Origin: a virus
Strand: one strand, 5' to 3'
DNA: 64,000 nt
IMG/VR virus record: IMGVR_UViG_3300049027_000085
Location: 6,165 to 70,164 of that record
This document shows positions 1 to 13,100 of the stretch, in pieces. Position 1 is the first letter of the stretch; every line of letters begins with the position of its first letter. Both the position numbers and the translations under genes were made by a program. The notes beneath the pieces are model-generated. The model was given only the letters and a program-made list of their open reading frames with translations, ran no database searches and was not told where the DNA came from.

Positions 1-1198
1 CAACGCCGAGGTGCGAATGCCGTCAGGCAGCATCGCCCCTGAGGTCAAGGTAGAGAACCCGAAAGGCACGACCTTCACCACCGCTAAAGTCAACCCCGCA
101 GTCATGCCGGGAGAGGCAGCCCCCGCCTTGACGGCACCGCCACTTCCTACCAACCCGGAGTACGACGCCGAGCTTGGCGCTTATCAAGCCGAGATGAAAC
201 GCGGCCCGGCCAAGCAAGGCGTCGCCAGCCAGATCCTCTTCCAGGCCGCTCAGATGGCGGCCAACTTCGGGAGAGGTATGCAGGGCCAGCAGATGCAGCC
301 GTTCCAGTGGCTGGGCGAGGCCAAGGACGAACGGCGCAACCAGCAGGCGGCGACGAGGTTCGCACCCTATCAGGCAGAGCGTAACCAACAAATCGAGAAC
401 TGGAAGACACAGGCCGGAACTAACATCGCCGTCGACAAGGCCAACACCGACCGGCGCAAGACCGAGGCTGAGATCAACAAGATCAACTCTGAAGCGAACC
501 GTGTCGACATGGAGTACTACGAGGCCGAGGGCAAGCGGTTCCAGCGCCGCAAGGGCACGAACGAGAAGTGGGAAGAGATACCTGAACTTCAGGACCGCAC
601 GAAGGCCGGAATAGAACGAGAGTTGCCTGACGGTACGAAGTTCATGACGACCGGCGACAAAGAGGCAGACAGGATCGCGGAACAGTCATACAGGGACGCC
701 CAACTTGACCTTCAAAAAGGGAAGATCGCCCAGGATCAGTTGGACGACTACAGGAAACGGCTCGAGGGTTGGCAAAAAGATTCGGCAGAGCACAACAACA
801 AGAAGGCGGAAATTGAAGCAACAGCTACAGCAAAAGACGGGGAGGCGCAGGCGAAACGTGGCTCGGCTGATCAGCTACTTCGTGAGGCCGGGCAGGCGGA
901 AGCGAACGGTGACCCAGACCGTGCGGCTGACCTGCGCAAGGATGCTGAGAGGCTGCGTCAAGAAGCCAGCGTCGCGCAGGCTTCGGCGGAAGCCGCGAGG
1001 AAACAGGTGAGGGGAATGAAAGCCCCGCCCCCGCCGAGGATGCAGTCGAGCAACATCTCGACCACCAAGCCGACGACCGGGACCAAGTCGCCCAGGAAGG
1101 TAAGTTCTTCTCAGCTTGAACAGCTAAGCAAGCAGACCGGGAAGTCGATCGAAGAGCTCAAGAAGATGGCTAAACGTGAGGGTTACTCCATAGACTAA
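1..1198 (+). CDS. Probable internal virion/DNA ejection protein, likely 5'-truncated
   Basis: Long Q/A/E/K-rich coiled-coil ORF whose frame is open from the window start. The stop is 1 nt before the giant gene, the usual position of podovirus ejection proteins. Confidence 0.55.
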   Translation, partial: NAEVRMPSGSIAPEVKVENPKGTTFTTAKVNPAVMPGEAAPALTAPPLPTNPEYDAELGAYQAEMKRGPAKQGVASQILFQAAQMAANFGRGMQGQQMQPFQWLGEAKDERRNQQAATRFAPYQAERNQQIENWKTQAGTNIAVDKANTDRRKTEAEINKINSEANRVDMEYYEAEGKRFQRRKGTNEKWEEIPELQDRTKAGIERELPDGTKFMTTGDKEADRIAEQSYRDAQLDLQKGKIAQDQLDDYRKRLEGWQKDSAEHNNKKAEIEATATAKDGEAQAKRGSADQLLREAGQAEANGDPDRAADLRKDAERLRQEASVAQASAEAARKQVRGMKAPPPPRMQSSNISTTKPTTGTKSPRKVSSSQLEQLSKQTGKSIEELKKMAKREGYSID

Positions 1199-1199
1199 C

Positions 1200-4100
1200 A
1201 TGGCGCAAGATCAGGACAAGCCGTTCACCAAGCTGTTGAACCAAGTCGCCCCACCGTTGACGCAACCCAAGAAGAAGCGTCCGCGGCGGAAGCCCGTTGC
1301 CCAGCAGCCCGCCAACAACCCCGACCAGGAGAAGTACAACCTCTTCGTCAACGCGTTGAAGAAGCGTGGGATACCGGTCAATTCCGGCTACCGCAGCCGT
1401 CAGCAGCAGGCGAACCTTTACAACCGGCTGCCCAAGGGTGAGGCGGCGCGTCCTGGCACGTCTGATCACGAGTTCTGGCGCGCCGTCGACACCCCGCCTG
1501 ACGCCGACGAGAACCTGATCCGTGAGGCGGCCAAGGAGGCCGGCATAGAGTTGGGCCCGCACCGCATCCACCAGGGAACAGGCCGCCACCGCCACCAGTC
1601 GTTCAACAAGCCCAAACAGCAGGAGGGGGAGTTCACGAAGCTTCTCAAGCAGCTGCCGCAAGAGCCGCAGGACGGTGAGTTCACCCAACTGCTGAAGGGG
1701 CTCGGCGGGCCGACAGACCGGTCTGAGGTACAGGACACCGGTAACGACCGTCCGTGGGTACCGAAGATGTACACAATCCACGACGTTCCCGGTGCGCCTC
1801 AGGGACAGCAAACCACGCAGAAACAGGTTCCTGTGGGAACCTCTGAGCCACAGGAACCGGCTGCCGGTGTCGCGGCCGTCGACCCGACGGCGGCGCAGGA
1901 CCCCGGCAGCCGGGCGTTCAGCAAGAAGGTCACGTTCCGCGACAAGCCGGAGGGGGTCTCGAACACCGAGTGGGCCATACAGCAGCTCATTCCAGAGATC
2001 GTCAACCGGACAGGACACAGCCAGGGCGACGTCGAGCGCCAGCTGAGGAAAGGCATCGCCCACTACGAAGGGACCCCGCTCGACGAGATCAGCCCGGAGA
2101 GTTACTACGAGTTCGCGGGCAGCGAGGACTTCGTCAACGCCCTCGACCAACAGCGTGACGCCCGTGAGGCAGCGCTAGAAGCCGCACTCGAGTCGCCTGA
2201 AGAGTGGAGCCCCGCGGACTGGGACCGGTTCAGCAAGGAGACCGGCACCGACCCGGCGGAGATACAGGCCGCGCTGAGCGGGCAGTCGGAACGGTTCAGC
2301 TCGTTCGCTGAGGCCGGCAACCAACGCCGTCAAGCGCTGGCCGCGAAGACGCAGGAACTCATGCAGCAGGGCGGGCTGACGCAGTTCCAGGCCGGGGTGA
2401 GGGCGAGGGTCGAGATGGGGATCCTCGACGAGCTCAAGGCCCAGGAGCTTTTACAGAAAGACCAGAAGGCGCAGCAGGAGTTCGAGGCGTACTTCAGGGA
2501 GAACTTCATCGACACCCGTGCGGTGACCGCCGGGCTTGGCCAGGTAAGCAGCATGGGCGGAGGCATGAACCCCGTCCAGGACTCTCAGACGTTCGCCAAG
2601 CTGCAGGACCCGGTCGAGTACGAAAAGGCGAGGTCGGAGTACGTGGCGATGCAGATGCAGAACATGCTGCAGCAGTACGGCAGCTACGACGCCGCCATGC
2701 AGCGCCACAAGAACGTGATGCGCGACTACGACCCGAACCTCCGGCCGTTGGCGCGCCCGTTGGAGATGGCGAAGAGCCTGGTCAAAGCCTTGCCTGAGGC
2801 TGTGTCGTCGATTTTCAGGACAGGCGCCTTCCTGCAGGACTTCATCACCCCGGGAATGGTGTACAGGGCGGTGACCGACACGCCCTCCACCCCGACCAAA
2901 GACAAGAACCTCGTCAAGCTGGCCGAGTGGGTGGAGAAGCACACCGAAGAGAACCTTGGGCAGAACAAAGACCTGCAGGTCGAGTTCATGAACAGCCTGG
3001 CCCTCAACCTCGCGTTCAACGTCGGCCCGAACGCGGTCGGTCAGCTGTTGACACAGGTCGGGGCCGGTGCGTTGGGTGGAGGTGCGAAGCTCGCCACGCT
3101 GATCGGCATGGGGCAGGGCCTCGGTGAGCAGCAAAAAGAAGCGATCAAGGGCGGTGCATCTGAGAACCAGATCAAACTACACAGCTTGATCGGCGCCGTG
3201 GCCGCCGTGCCTGACATCATACCGTTGGCGAAGTGGATGCACGAGCCGACGCTGCTGAACAAGTTCTTCGGCAAGTTCTTTGCCGGCGCGGTGGAACAGG
3301 TCGGTGAGGAGGCCGCGCTGCAGGCCACCAAGGGGCTGATCGCCCGGACGCTGAGCAGGGCCAAGACGTTCGCAGCGGGCTCGGCGATGGAGGGGCTCCA
3401 GGAGCTCTCTGAGAAGAAGATCAACGACGCCGTCGCGACCATGACCTACGACCCGAAGCGCAGGGTCCTGGTGTTCACCGACGAGGACCTGCTTGAGACA
3501 CTGGGCGGCGCGGTCGGCGGTTTGGGCGGCGCGGCGGTCGAGATCACGATGGAGGGGGAACAGCCCACCACGGCCAACCCGACCGTCGACCAGGTGTTGG
3601 CTCAATACAACCAAACGGCGCCGGCACAGACGACCGCCAAGACACCTGACCCGATGGCGATCGCGCCGCCTCCACCTCCGGCAGCCGTGGAGCCGGTCGA
3701 ACAGCCGGTTGGGGTACAGGTCGGAAGTACCGTCGAGGCGCCGTTCCGCGGCAAGACCGTCACAGGCACGGTCACCAACATAGAGAATGGAAAGCTCACC
3801 GTTCAGACGGAGAACAACACGTTCGTCGTGAACGAGAAAAGAGCAACACCGGTGACTCAGCAAACAGCTCCTCCTGCTGCTGCGCCGCCGGTAGAGCCGG
3901 ACGCGGTCCCTAAGTCGGTCGTTCCAGTTCAGGCCGGCATCAAGGTCGCTCCGTACGACGGACCCCAGGCCGCTCCGGAGGAGACCGCTACGCCATCGGT
4001 CAAGTCCGTCGAGCGCCGGGGTGTCCGTGAACGCGTCGCCGACTTTATCTACCCTGAGGGTAAGAACCGTCGTGAGACCGCGGAACGCGCGGCGCAGACC

Positions 4101-7100
4101 GACGACCTCACCGGGTTGGCGAACCGCGGTGCTTTGGACCGCGCGCTGCCGGCCGCTGAGAAGGACCCCAACACCTCGGTCATAGCGTTCGACGCGAACA
4201 ACTTCGGGCAGATCAATAAGAAGGTCAGCCAACAGGCCGGCGACCAGGCGTTGAAAGACATCGCGTCCGCCATCCAGCAGGCAGCCAAGGAGGAGGGGGT
4301 CGGTGAACGCGTGTTCCGGCGCGGAGGCGACGAGTTCGTGGTGCTCGCCCCCAAGGCCAAGGCCGAGCGGGTCAGGAAGCTGGCCGAACAGATCTACGGC
4401 GACAAGGACTACTCTGGGGTGAAGGTCAGCATCAGTGGGACCGTGGGCAACACGTTCAACGAGGCTGACGCCACCCTACAAGACGCCAAGGCCGTCAAGA
4501 AGGGGTTGAAGTCTGCACCCAAGGGAAGCTTGAAGCGTACCTTCAAAGGCCCGGTAGAACAACAAAGTTATTACGCTAACCGTGAATTCCTTAAAAAGGA
4601 ACTGGACAAGGTCGGCCTAGAGGCTGACCCGGCGGTGATAGAAGCGACGACCGAAGCCCTCTTCAAAAAGTGGCCGGACCCCAAGACTTTTCGTAAAGCG
4701 ATCACAGACTTCATTCGGGATGAAACGAACGACCATGTCACCGACCGTGTTGAACTGCTCGACCTGCAGGGGAAGTTGAAACGTAAGAAACTCAGCCCGG
4801 ACGATCAAACCAAGGTCCACTACATCAAGAAGAAGCTCCAAGAGTACACAAGCGGCAAGATGCTCAGGCTCAGAGAAGAGTTTGACCTCGACGCCATCGC
4901 TGAGGACATACTGTTCCGAATGGCGCGTGCAGACTTCGGAGCAGCCAAGGGGGACCCAAACACCGGATACGTCATGAGCGACTGGACCGGGGAAGAAGTG
5001 GGCATCGGTGACATCGTTAAATACAGGGTAGATAAGCGCCAAGGAACGGTCGAGCGGATCGTGGATGAGTACGGCGAAACTGAGGCAGTGGTACGTCTGA
5101 CACACGACTCGCAGGGCCGTGAGATATTACCCCAGAATCAGCACAACGTGTCTTGGCCAGAACGTGACATCAGGCTGGTGACCCGCAACCCAGAGGTCAC
5201 CGGTCAGCCTGACCTTGCGCGTACATTCGACATTTACCTCAATAAGTACAAGGGCCTGTTCGACAAGCAAGACGTCAAGGTCGAAGAGTTTACCAAGCTT
5301 TTCGAGCGGGGGATCATCGCGCCGGCGCGTCAGTTGGCAGCCCCCTTGACCTACAGGCCGCCCTACACGGTGAGCAGCCTCTTGCAGCCGCAGTTTGACG
5401 ACTTCCGTGCGAAGAACAAATTGGTCAGCAAGGAGACGATCACCAGCATGGCGTTCAAGAACGCCAAGCCGCTGGAGAAGGAGTTTATCAACACTGTCTT
5501 AGCGAGCCCGATCTTCAAGGACCGAAAGAAGTTCCCCTTTAACGAGTTCGAGCTCGAGCTCAGCCGTGAACTGTTGCCGCTCAATGTGATTTACAGTGCC
5601 CACCACGCCAACTACGGCGTCAGCCGGCTGGGGGCGTACGACAGTTACGGTAAAGAAGAGACGCACATTTACGACGTGCCAGCGGTGAACGCCACGCTCG
5701 ACGCGATGGACCACGGGTATACAGCCCACTGGACCGACCAGTATGACGAAATGGTCGACAGGGCGCAGTACAAGGTCGACCAGGTCGTGAGCCCGTCGGG
5801 TGAACCGGTGTACCTCGTCGTTCCGGACATTGTTTATGACATCGACTACCCGAGCACCGGCTACGCCCTTGAACAGGAGTACCCACGCTGGGTACGTAAA
5901 AAAGGTAAGGGCGACAAGGGCGACTTCAAGTTGAACGAGGAGTCGCTGTACGAGGTGTCGGTCTTCAACACCCGCAACCGTGAGGATGCTGAGCTCGTGG
6001 CGAAAGACCTGACCCAACGCGTCAAGAGGACCAAGGGCCTGTTCGGGCACACGCGTGTCTGGTACAAGGACGACACGGCCTACATCGCGGAGATACAGGG
6101 TGAGGGCCTGCAACGGTTCACCTATCCGTACCATGGCGGCACCAAGAGCACGTGGACAACCAAGAAGTGGCACTGGGGCGCCTCACAATGGGACGTGTCG
6201 AGGAGCGTTTCTTCAGCTGTGGAAATGGTGTTCAACCACTTCCAAAAGCGGCACGCTGTTAAGGGAACCGTCGACGAGAAAATGGACGAGTTCATCGACT
6301 TCGTGATGGAAGGCAAGATGACGATGGACGCGCTCAGTGACATCAGTGACGCGACCACCGCCATCAAAAAGGGCGGTGAGTTGATGGACCGGATCGCCAA
6401 CGACATCCTCTCGGAGATAGAGAACCGTGTCGACACGGACCCCGAGTACCGCGACGATAAGGGCAACACCAAGCTGACGCCGGACGACCGCATGAAGGTG
6501 ATGAGCAAGGAACTGGCCAAAATGAGCGACCAGCTCCAGATCGGCAAGCTCCGCCGTCAGGCTATAGAGACGAAGCTAGAAGAGCTGAAAGAGTACGCCG
6601 AAGAGGTCGACCAAAAAGAGAAAGTCGCGTATGGGTTGATCAACAGTGAAGAGTACACGCAGGCGATCGACGAGCTGGTCCACCACATTCGTCTGGCCGC
6701 TGACCTTCGCCGTGACGATTGGAAGCTCGCGGTCGATAGGTTCAAACAAGACATGGAGGATAACCTTTGGGAAGAGTGGAAAACTGAGGCCGACGCGCGG
6801 ACCTGGATACACGACCGGCACCAAACTGGCGACAACCAGTTCTACCTGATCCGCTCCTACAAGGATCCGCAGACCAAAGAGATAAGCTACGTGCCGATGT
6901 CGGAGGTTAACTACTACGAGTACAGCACCAACGACCTGCACGGACTTTGGGATGACGCCTCATCCAAGGTGGAGACCTTGGCTCAAGAGATCATAGAAGA
7001 GACGTTCGAGGACCAGGTGAAGTTCGGAAGTGACTTCTTCTACATGTTGAAGAACCCGATGGTAGCACACTTCCGCGGCGGCCGTTGGGTCGAGCACGCG

Positions 7101-10100
7101 ATGAACGACGACTGGAGTTTCATCGACAACGCGCAGATCCGGTCAGAAATTCAAGAGGCGGCGCGGGACCACTTCTCAACGAAGACCAACCGGATGAAGA
7201 GCTCGGACAAACTGCGGGCTGAGTATGAAGATCTCAAGATGTCGTACAGCTCTGAGGACTTCAAGAACTTCGAGGACCTGGAACGCGACCTGATCAAGAA
7301 GTGGAAGAGTTTCACGGACATCGTGCCGCTGTGGGCCAAGCAGTTCATATACCACCAGAAGAACTTCGGGCCCCGAATGGCTCGTGAGGAGATACAGCGT
7401 GCCGCCAAGCGCGGGTTGAAGACGGTCCGCATGGCGGCCCCTGAGACCGGGGCGTTGATCGAGGGGCACGTTGACACGACACAAATTTCTGACGCCCGAA
7501 AGGTGGTGGACCCGAACCTCGGTTACTCAGTTTACACCCAATACCGGAGTGACCGTCTCGACGCTGGGGACATCATCTATCTCGACGGTAGCCAGGAACC
7601 CTATATGGTCGTCGAGGTCGGTGAGGGTTGGCTGAAGGCAGCTAAGGGCACATCCGTCATAATGGGCACCCCTGATAAGGTGATCATGAACCTGACAGCG
7701 GAGGCGCCGGACCGGACACGTGACATCGAAGCGCAAGCGAGGGAACTGCTTGAAGAGTTCGGCTACCGCATTTTCCCAGCTTCAAGCCGGAGCGGCTCCA
7801 TTCTGGCCGCTTACGAGGGCCCGGGCTTCGACATCGTGGAGCTCAAAATGCCCGACACCGGCGATCCAAAGAAGATCGATCTAAAGAAACTCCGTGCCGG
7901 GATACGCACCCACCACCAGCCCATATTCGACCGCTACGTCGAAATGGCCGACTGGACCTTTAAGGAACGGCCTGACGCACGGTGGGTGACCGACCACAAC
8001 GGGCACCGGTGGATCGAATTTGACATCACTGAAGCGGACGTCAACAAGCCGATTGCACTTTTCCGCGCAGATTTGTTAGAAGACCACATTGACCAGCGCG
8101 ACAAGTGGGCGCAGCGCGAGGAGATGGACGACGAGTTCTTCAGGGCCATCGACTCCCAGATAGACGACTCAGGGGCCGTGCGCTTGAACTTCGCGGCGGC
8201 TGAGCTGATCCGCAGGATCGAGACGCAGACCCAGATCGACCAGGGCGACGACCCGTTCGTCCCACTCTTCGCGGCGGCCATGGGGCGCCAACAGGACGTC
8301 GACAACTGGATAGACAGGCTAGCGACCATAGATTCGGAGTTAACACGTCTCGGGTACCCCGATGATTCAAGGAAAGGCATCCAGGAGCTACGTAAGCAGC
8401 TAGAGAGCCTGCCGAACCGGGTCGGGGTGATCTACACCCGCAATTTCGCGCTGCCCCATGAGAAGATCCACGAGGCGCGGTACCTGAACGCCGCGATGGA
8501 GGCCTCGGTCCGGAGCTACTACGACGACTTCGAGGCCACGTTCAATGCGGCCAAAACGGACCGCGGCAACATGACCGTCAACGAGAAGGCGTTCCGGAAC
8601 TACTTCAGCAAGACGTACTATAATAACCGCAAGTTCTCGTCCCTGGACCGTGAAGAGCGGGGTATACTTCATGAAGAGGTGTTCACCGCGATCACTGATG
8701 GGGACTATGCGAAACTCAAGCTCACCGACTCCGAGGCGGCGCGGTTCATCGAGGCGGACCTCGACGCGTACGTCAAGAAGAACGGTGATCAGATCCTAGA
8801 CGACATAGAGGTATGGGCAAATGAAAAAGTCAAAAAGTTCGCCGCCGTCGAGAAACTTCTCGCTGGCAAGCAGGCGACGAAAGAACTTAAGAAAGCTGGC
8901 ATCAGCGTACAAGAAACAGAAAGCCGGAACGGAGAACGCGATCGAGGAGGCGCTCAAGACGCTGGAACCCAGGAAGCCGATGGCCGTGGGGTTAAAGATC
9001 GCCGCCTACCGAAAACCGTCGGACGAAACACGTCGCTCGTCGAAGACGACCTGACGTCCGTAGCTAGACAGCTCGAGCAGCTGCCACGTGACGTGGCGGC
9101 CAAGGGGGCAGAGGAGTGGCTGGAGTCGCAAGGGTTCGAGTCCGCCTACAGCCAGGTTTTCGACCTCCCGCCCAGTGGCCAGAACACGGCCAAACGTATG
9201 GCGGTGATCGAGCACATCGACGCGCAGGTCGAGCGGTACACCCAGCAGGGCGACACCGGCCGCGCGAAGGAGTGGTACTCACGCCTCGTCACCTTGACCA
9301 ACGCGATCAGCCCTGACTACACGGAGTACGGCCGTGCGATCGGCCAGCTGGCGAGGTGGGCTGACCTTGACCCCCAGGCGGTCGTCGGCCACACACAGCA
9401 GAAGATGGCGAAGGCCGGCAAGGCCGACAAGCTGACCCTTGAGCAGCAGCAGCAGCTGCGCGACCAGGCCAAGCAGATCGCTGAGCTTGAGAAGAAGGTC
9501 CAGGACCTCGAGGCCAAGAAGAACGGCGCCGGCGGTAAAGGCAAGAGCCACCCGCTCAACCAACAGAAATTACGAGCTACAGCTGCCCTCCAGGCGCTCA
9601 AGTCGAAGCTCGGCAGTCTCAAGCGCTACAACCAGAGCCTTAAGGCGGCGGCCGACAAGATCCGCAAGCTGGGCGCGCAGGGGACCGCCGCGAGCTGGAT
9701 CAACCGTAATGAGAACAACGTCACCAACTGGCAGGAGTTGTTCAACGACCCGAACGGGCTGGACAAGCTGCGAGAACAGGTAGATCACAGCCACACCATC
9801 GCCTCGAACAACGCGAAAATCAAGGAGCTGTCCATCACCGACATGAACGGCTACCTCGATCAGCAGGTCGCCCTGGCCGACGACGGCGCCAACCTCGCCA
9901 ACCCGCAGATCCAGCGTGCCGTTCAACTCGCCAGGACGAACAGGAAGGCGGCCGTCGACTCACTGGTCAACTGGGTGATGAACGAGCGTCAGCAGTCACT
10001 TCAAGAGTGGGACAAGTACCTCACCAACGACAACGACGTCTATGCTGAGGACCCGTTCTTCAGGGACTTCGTTTGGCAGGGGCTGACCGAATCGCTGCGC

Positions 10101-13100
10101 AATGACCGGCCGGACATCCCACCGTCACTCGACCGCGCTGTGCTCGCAGGTGTGTACGAGACCTTCAGCCAGGGGAACAACTTCACCGGCTTCATGAAGC
10201 TGTACAAGAAGGAGTCGTCCAGAGCTTTGGCCGAGGCCAAAGACATGACGAAGGTCACCACGAGCGGCGGGCAGTGGGTCAAGATACCGAGGACAAGCCA
10301 AGACAGCCCCGACTTCGAGCAGAACGCGAACCGCCTGCGCAGTCTGTCAGCGCAGAGTTGGTGCACGAGCCGCGGGATGGAGCGGCCCTACATTCAGAAG
10401 GGCGACTTCTGGATCTACCAGGAGGGCGGGGTCACCGAGCTCGCGATCCGGTTCGACGGCGACCAGGTTGTCGAGATACAGGGCCGCCTCAACAACGGAC
10501 GCATCCCGGTCGAGTACATCCAACAGGTGACCGAGCTGCAGAACAGCGGCGAGGTCCAGTTCAGCAAAGGGGCACAGACACAGATAGACAGGGCGAAACG
10601 CCAGGTCGTCGAGACACAGAAGATCGAGAAGTGGCTCGAAGACGAAAACATCAAGGTCGGCAGCGTCAGCACCGAGGTCAGCAATGCTGAGACCCTGGAA
10701 CACGCCAAAATGGCGTACGTCGGCGAGAACATGCCTCGCAGGCTTGCAAGCATTATCTATGACCGCTACGAGGGTATAGCTGACCTAGAGTGGCACGTGG
10801 ACCGTGAACGTGACATGTACATCGCGGGCGGGCGCCTCACCGAGGATGACATCGAGAACGTCACCGATAAGTATCAATACGTGATCGCCCAGCTTGCATG
10901 GGAGGAGATGACCGCACACCATGATGATGAGCAAGATTATGACGATGAGCGTAACCCAGGCGACCTAGTGGACCCCAACTGGAGGTTAAACAACTTCCTT
11001 GAGGACACCGAGTTCAAGCACTTCGATGACCTCTATGACACGTTCTTCCCTGGTAAGTTCAAGGCGCCAGCGCCCAAGCCGATCACCAAGGAACAGCTCA
11101 GTGAGGTGAAGAACGCAGAAAGCCTAGGACAGGCGCAGGCGATCTACGAGTACCACACGAACCTCAACCAGTTCATAGCCGACAACAAGGAGTACATCTC
11201 CAAGCGCCAGCTGGACGGTGTGACGAACCCGTCCATCTCTGAAGCGTACCGCAAGCGCAACTTCGACCAGCTCACCAGGACCGTGGGGATCCGCAAAACG
11301 TTCGAGTCAGCGCCGCTCTGGCAGCAGGAGGAGATGCTCGGCTTGAGGAAGCTGAAGAACGGCAACTACGTCTTCCCGCACCGCGTGTCGATCGGGGCCG
11401 ACGGGACCATAGGGAACCCGTACATGTATCGTCCGACCCTTGGTCTTCAAGGTAACATACCGACGTACGGGCTGCCGATCGGCAAGTTCCTCGACAAGAT
11501 CGAGGTGTTCGAGAGCTCCGTCCAGCTGCGCAAGGGCGTTAAGGTGCCGAAGCTCCGGCTCGCTGAGAAGAACCTCGTGATCGAGGCCCGCGGGGTGGAG
11601 GTGCCGAAGCTGCAGGTCGTGGGCGGCAACCTCTACATCCAACGTACGGCGACGAAGGACATCAAGTTCCCGAACCTGGTCGCGGTCGGCAGGTCGATAG
11701 GCGTGCTCAACATCTACAATTACGCCACAGAGGGACTCAAGGCGCCAGACGTGCTGAAGTTTCCGAAGCTGATCAGGGAGGGAAGCCGCGGCCTCAACCA
11801 ACCGGGAATGGTGATGTCGTGGAAGCCTGAAAAAGAAACGTCATCGTCTGGCCATACGTTCACCCAGATGGTGGAACACAATCACGACCTCAAGGGCAAC
11901 AAGCTGGATTCAAGCAACACGACACAGCTGGGCCACAAAAAGTTCGACGCGCGAACCTTCGCCTCCAACCTGAGGTTGAGGAAAGGCCAGAAGGGCTACT
12001 CGCTGAAGAGCGCGTTCGATGACACGAAACACGGTCCAGGACCGAGAGGCCCCAAACGCGGCTTTTTGGTGGATGAAGATCAGGTGCGCAAGGTTTACAG
12101 GGAGTACCTCGACGGGAAGAGCCTCAGGCAGGCAGCCAAAGAGAACGGCGTGTCACATGAGCTGCTGCGCCGGCGCTTTAAGGAGCTGGGCCTCGACCTC
12201 AAAACGAAGGGTGAGGGCGCTGAGGACATGTGGCGCGACGGCCGCGGCAAGGGGTCGCTGAAGAACGCGTTCGGTGACATCGAGGGCGACGACGACTTCC
12301 TCAGCTATGAGGGCGACGTCGAGTCTAGGGTGACTGAGTACATTGACCGCTTTGAGCCGAAGAACTCGTTGGAACGGGAGATCTTCAGGCGCTACATCAA
12401 AGATGTCGTCAACCCGGACGAAGAGATCCTTGAGATCCTCAACCCTCCAGACCGCATCATGCTGGCTGAGTTCCTCGGTGAACGCTACGCGACCGAGTGG
12501 GCTGAGGAGTGGCAGGACGTTTACGAGAAATCGCCCACCGAGGAACAAGTCAAAGACGTTGAGGACCGGATGTTCAAGCTGGCCAAGGAGGCTGCTGAAC
12601 GTTACGACGCAGAGGACCCGCTGCCGGCAGCTGCTAACCAAGAGATCGACAACGACCCGGCCAGGCCGCTTGAAGACCGCCTCAACGACATGGCGATGAA
12701 CGCCTACTGGGACAACATCACCAAGTCGGACCCGATGGCGGAACAAGAGGACGATGACAACGACTCCTGGCCGGACCTCCTGATGCGGGTCGACGAGGAC
12801 CGGCCGATCAGCGACTTCCCGAAGGACACCAGGGACGCGCTGGTCGACGTGGCGAAGTACAAGTACCTCGAGGGCCGGATGGCGGACGGGCTGAGCTTCG
12901 ACGACTGGCGCAGCGCCGTGATGAACGAGCTGGTCGCCGCGAAGGTGGACCCCGCGCAGCTCGAGGGCTACTACAAGAGCCTGTACCGCGAGGTGGTCAG
13001 CCAGGTCAAGCAAGAGCGTTTCCGCGCCGAGCTCGACCGGATGAAGGAGAAGTACAACCTCCAGGACGACACGGCCGCACGGCTCGCGCTGATCGAGGAG

